Source of the DNA: Octopus vulgaris
Taxonomy: Eukaryota
Length of the DNA: 64,000 nt
Reading direction: 5' to 3'
Assembly (NCBI GenBank): GCA_951406725.2
Contig: OX597816.1
Coordinates: 49,848,001-49,912,000 of the forward strand
Of the stretch, positions 58,678 to 64,000 are shown one piece after another (within the stretch, counting starts at the first letter, position 1; the number at the start of each line of letters is the position of its first letter). Below the pieces are notes generated by a model. It saw only the letters and a list, made by a program, of their open reading frames with translations. It had not been told where the DNA came from and searched no databases. The translations under genes were made by a program, and so were the position numbers.

Positions 58678-59253
58678 CAATTTAGGAATGGCCTTAATAG
58701 GCCATTCGTCCACTAGAAAGAGCAGCCATAACTCAAACCGCTAAGTAGTAGTAATTCAGAAATTGGGTGAAAATTTAAAAACGTTTACTCTAATTCATCT
58801 TTATACGATGCATCGTTTCGGTGTTTTTAATGGTAAACTAGCTTAATTAAATTAAATTAAGTCAATCTACCATGGGTTACACTTCATCAGTAAAGAAACA
58901 GGGAGAGGCAGATATACACCAGGCGTCTGTATCAATGCCTTCGGAATATCTGTCTTAAAATTTTCAAGACCATCGTATTCGCGCCAACTTATCAGCAGTA
59001 AATATAAACTGCCGATTCAATCTCAGAATTAGTCAGAAAATTATCAATTAATTAATTTAGGGTAGCAAAAAATTCAATAGAAATTTATCGCTACCAGCGG
59101 TCTAGTGGGAAAGAGAAAATAGTCAAAGACTAAATATATAAAATTAAACAATTGTTTAATTGTATATATTTAGTCTTTGACTATTTTCTCTTTCCCACTA
59201 GACCGCTGGTAGCGATAAATTTCTATTGAATTTTTTGCTACCCTAAATTGATT

Positions 59254-59259
<6 letters not shown>
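58671..59259 (-). mobile_element. Non-coding hammerhead-containing element (PLE pseudo-LTR or retrozyme-like) with a spacerless palindrome at 59044-59259
   Basis: Flanked by (TA)n. 108-bp arms about the axis 59151/59152. The terminal 12-mer AATTAAACAATT occurs at 58671 and again at 59142. Confidence 0.75.
58798..58896 (-). ncRNA. Type I hammerhead ribozyme motif, canonical core, extended helix II
   Basis: Minus strand: TCTTTA-CTGATGA-[AGTGT...ATGGTAGATTGACTTAATT/AATTAAGCTAGTTTACCAT...ACACC]-GAA-ACGATGCATCGT-A-TAAAGA. The cleavage triplet is GUA. Confidence 0.8.
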
Positions 59260-59319
<60 letters not shown>

Positions 59320-60089
59320 ATGAATAAAATTATAAATAGAGAGATATACTATAAAATAAGTATATCAAATGATAAAATAATATTTGTCATAGTATATTCT
59401 TCTCTTTATTCATAATTTTGTGTGTGTGTATGTGTGTGTGTGTATGTGTGTGTGTGTGTGTGTAGCAGGCTTATTTCTGTATTAGTCTACCAAATTCAAC
59501 TTATGGACCGCCCGAGGTTATAGGAGAAGACAGTTACCTAAGGTTCCACACAGTGTGACTGGAACCACGCAGATAATTCCTCAAAAGAATTTACTGGGAT
59601 CTACAGGAAAGTATAGATGATTACCCAAATTAGTACCCAAATGACTTCGGAAAATTCTAACCGAACTAGCTAAATGTATTAAAATCTGTAGATGAACAAA
59701 GTCAACGATCAGTTGACAGTTGTGACGGTTATACATGTGTGTGCGCGCGCACGCGGAAATAACCGTCACAGCGTAACAAGATAGAGAACTATAGCAGAAT
59801 TCAGTCCATCCTCTGATTTCAAGTAATATTTCAAGAGACTGTTTATCATTTCTAGCTTCCTTCATAGTTCTCATTACACGCATATTTGTTGAAGTAAACA
59901 AGAATTGACAACGAATAAAGTAAAATGTATATATTCACATCCCTATGGGTTAGCTGACAATAAATGCAAGTGATTCTATTAAACTATGTACATAGCTTCA
60001 TACGGGATAGCAATAAGTACGAGATTAGACAAATGCACCAAAGTTACCAGCAAAATGCAAAATGCTAATAAATAAAAATAACAAGGAAG

Positions 60090-61990
60090 AAATATAATTT
60101 CCACGCATTCAGCTAGATTAGAATCGGCAAACAGTGAATGGGGATTGAATCACCTAGAAACACTAGGGATTAGCAAAATCCATAGAAGTTATAAAGCTAT
60201 CTCCTCAGTATAATTTCTCCCTTGCAAATTAAGTGAACAGATGATGACCCTACATAGATATGTGTCATCGTATGAATGCACGTAATACATGTGCAATGAA
60301 AAACATTTATTTCGATTATTGTTAATCGTAGAGTACTGAGCAAACCAGTCTGCATTGCAATTTACAAGATTTCCGTGACTGATGGGAGGGAGGTGAAAAA
60401 GGTTCCATCATCAAACCGGAGATTTGTATAACTAGCAGTTTTATTTTCATTTTATACCCTGAGCAGTATTGGGTTGTATTACATTTCTGTTAATCCAATG
60501 TCTTGCAATGGAATAGTTTATCAATACAGAAATACGAAAGAAAAAGTTAAGTCCAGTGTTAAAATAAATCCTGTAAGGAATATCTGGTACTCACATGAGT
60601 CCGGTAAATCGCGGGAACTTTTACGAAATATGTAAATGCATAAAAGGTAATTTAATTAAAATGGATTTCGAGACAGAGAATATAGACTATTTTATATAGA
60701 AAGCAAGAATGATAGCAAAATGGGAACAACAGAACAAAACAAATTACCTAGAAACTGAGTCCACTGTAGCAGAACTTTTACATCAGGACGAAAAGAACAG
60801 AAATATTAAAAGATAAAGGCGAAAGTATTAACCTCAAAGTAAAACAAAAACAAAAAAAACAATCACTTTTAAAGAACAAGGAATATCTATTCCATAATCA
60901 ATAACCTGCAGGAATTGGATATTGAGAAAGTGAGCCAGTATGAAAGCGAACAATGGCTCAAAATGTCTGCATTGATGCAAAAGAAAAAAAATTAAACGTC
61001 TGATTTTTTTTGATCTTCATATAAACACATTACAAATGATTAACAATATACATACACACACAAAAATAGATCACAAATATATATTAATAAAACGCAAGGA
61101 TAACATCAACTGAAAATAAGCAATGGACATAAATAACGAATCAACCTTTCATTTTACAGCTCAGTCACGTCTGGGATAGAATACATCTACATATATAACT
61201 CGGTGTGTAGCTATATGTATTATATACATACTTTTTTCGACAGTGTCCAGGTAATTCTATATAACCACTGAAAATAAAATCTGTAACGGTGCATTAATTC
61301 CGAAAGTAACAATGGTATATTTATGTTACTTTTGAAAAGGCCATTCTACCTTTAAATGGTAACGCAAACCTTGCAAAGAAATGTAGCAACGATGCGACGT
61401 GCAATTCGATAAACATTTAAGTTATTTTCATTCAAAACACTACCAAAACGAGGCCATAAGGAAAGAGCAAATTAGTTGCAAGAAAGTAAAAGTGTTCTCA
61501 GCAAAGCTAGATTTTGCCTAGCGATGATAAAATCAATAATGAGGCAGAAGAATGATATACCAGAACCACGTAATTAATATTTACTAAAATGAGGTTCCAG
61601 GTTTTATCAGTGCAAGAAATTCACTACTCAGTTATCACATCACTTCGTAACTCTTCTGAGCAATCTCCTCCAAATACTATCAAATATTTTGCGAGAAAAA
61701 AAGAGCTAAAACTATAAACACGCTGAAAAAATTAACATAAAATGGAAAGCAGAGATATGCTGTGTATGAAAATGAAAGAAAACAGCACTGATCCAAATAA
61801 TGTGTGCATAAGATACGGTGAAAACAAAATATGAAATTTAAACATAGAGCAACCAAAAACGTCCAATTTTATCGTTGAGAGCCAAAAATAGAAACAAAAT
61901 TATTTTTATCTCACATCTTATGTCTTGAAAAAGACGGAAGACGCACTGAAGACAACTGTCCTAGATATAGCTCAAATAACTGAGTGGATG
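60090..61990 (+). mobile_element. Probable heavily decayed RLE-type (Dong/R4-like) LINE 3' region
   Basis: Ordered peptide remnants WGLNHLET, ELDIEKVSQYESEQWLKMSAL, VYENE, KRP-FIV and ALKTTVLDIAQI resemble RGL, SxxWL..GL, ENE, NRPDIV and QKxxLLGTAHI. Boundaries approximate. Confidence 0.4.
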
Positions 61991-63709
61991 ACCACGTTTG
62001 GAAGGACTTTAATCATATGTCTCTAAGAAGTGCTACTAAACATTGACTTTTAAATCAATTAAGGAAAAAAATAATTCAAAAGAACAGAATATTTACTGAA
62101 TACTATATATAATCATAATACTATAATATTGCAACTCCATTTTTTATCATTTATGATTACTTTATATTTTCTCCAGTACTTCCAGGAGGTCAGATTTTTG
62201 TTTATTAATATTTTTAGTAAGTGTTATGTAAAAGATAACCAAAGAAATATCGGTAAATACGATATTACGTGATTCTTTAAATAAAATTTTAAAAATCAAT
62301 ATAAAATATTCAACTGAAATCTTCAAATGCAGAGAATTTTTAAAAAACAGAAAGTTAATTCTCTTGTAAACAAAATAGTTTAATGTGAGGAGCTTAGTAA
62401 AAAATGTAAAATTCGAAGGCTTTTTGCTTTTAACTAGGTTTATGTTATAATTTCACAGACTTATAAACACACGTGCATCGGCACTTACAGTGTTTTTTCC
62501 CCTCTAAGTTATCACTATCAAACTAAATTCCATCAACATCAACCTGCGATACGTGAAAGTCAATCACAATTTTGTTTTCAGCACCAGTTATTTCGATTAT
62601 GTTTTCGTCAAAATAAGTGGTGTCGCTGTTGAATAGAGCGTATTATTTTTTATGAAAATACACTGTCATTAAGGATTACACTCTTAAATCCAGCGTATTT
62701 TTAGTAATCAAAGTCAGATCGGTATTGATTAGTATATTTACGGAAATAAATAGTATAGTGATCAACACTAGGCTGACTTTGATTACCGAAGAAGATAGTT
62801 CTGAATGTATTTAGGAATATATTGAGAGAGTTAAGAAGTGGGAATAATATATATAAGGTTAAACATACGTATATTTTTAGTTCTGTTCTTTTATTTATAT
62901 AAAATGCTAGGAATTTATTGGTACGTCTAATGTACTAAATGAATGTGTACTTATGGTAGATGAAAGGACGACAATTTAATTTTACACGACTAGTAATCTT
63001 TGACAAAGTCGCTGATACCAACGTCTGATCAATAAAATCAAATCCGCTCCATCCTACAGCGATAACATCTAAGTAGACGGTGTTGACGATGGCGAAGTCC
63101 AGACACGTAATCGAGCCTTAATATAGCGAAATAATATAGATAAAGGCAAATTGCTCGAGAAATTAAAACTACGGATACGGTCATGAAACATGATTACATA
63201 CTCCCATACATATAATTGCATAAATCATCAGTGAAGGAGTAATTCATTAGAAAAAAAAATATGCACTATGAAGTTAAGTTTAATTCCAAGTGTATATAAT
63301 CCACATATTGGCTTAAAGCTAATATTACCAAATTTAAAAAAAAATTAAAAAAAGTCATAGAAAATCCTTATATCTTGTACTGAATCCGGTAAATTGTATT
63401 TAATAATACCAGGGTATTTCTCTACTGAATCACTACTAATGATGGCGTTCAGTTAAATATTTCGATTTGAGTGCAAAGTTAATTGTAAATTTAATATCTA
63501 ACCATAAAACGCACTAATACTATTAAAGAATGATCGAAAGTGAAAGTAGATATCTAAGAAAGAGTGAAAGAGACGGAGTATGGTATAAGCACTGGAACCA
63601 TGCTGCAGTACAGCGAGCTTTATCTACAGGGTGTAACGTACAATGTAAGAGAACGACATCCTCTGGGTAGTCGTTCTTAGACCAAATTTCCAATTTAACA
63701 ATGCATATA

Positions 63710-63886
63710 AGGTCAGAAGTAGTTCTGTGGTAAGTAGCTTGCTTAACAACCACATGGTTCTGGGTTCAGTCCCACTGCACGGCACCTTGGGCAAGTGTCA
63801 TATACAATAGCCTCGAGCCAACAAAAGACTTCTGAGTGGATTTGGTAAACAGAAACTGAAAGAAGCCCGTCGTATATATGTATATG

Positions 63887-63972
<86 letters not shown>

Positions 63973-64000
63973 TGTCTGTGTTCGGCCCCCCCCCATCATC
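63710..64000 (+). mobile_element. SINE family C, cut by the window end
   Basis: TGTGGTAAGTAGCTTGCTT...GGTTCAGTCCCACTG...CCTTGGGCAAGTG...internal (TA)/(TG)n. Confidence 0.88.

Overview
AT-rich eukaryotic genomic DNA with no convincing host gene. The SINE, LINE and microsatellite content is typical of a coleoid cephalopod, most likely Octopus (inference from repeat content). From 7.1 to 24.5 kb a compound (TA)n/(TACA)n array holds four insertions of one CR1-clade LINE (three long, one 64-bp 3' tip) and a GIY-YIG Penelope-like element (PLE). The rest of the window has several tRNA-derived SINE families, more PLE remnants, two Tc1/mariner relics, a non-autonomous Helitron, probable decayed BEL/Pao and RLE-LINE relics, and a 100-N gap. 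The most interesting signal is a set of PLE-type hammerhead ribozyme motifs whose cores co-vary at the 3-8 pair (C3-G8, U3-A8, G3-C8). Three of them belong to elements ending in 105-136 bp near-perfect fold-back palindromes: one has a 15-bp TSD, one folds back at a predicted TSS, and one looks like a retrozyme unit. Other findings are a LINE/SINE 3' tail with a compensated stem-loop and a candidate -1 frameshift site between CR1 ORF1 and ORF2. All calls were made by eye; no searches were run.
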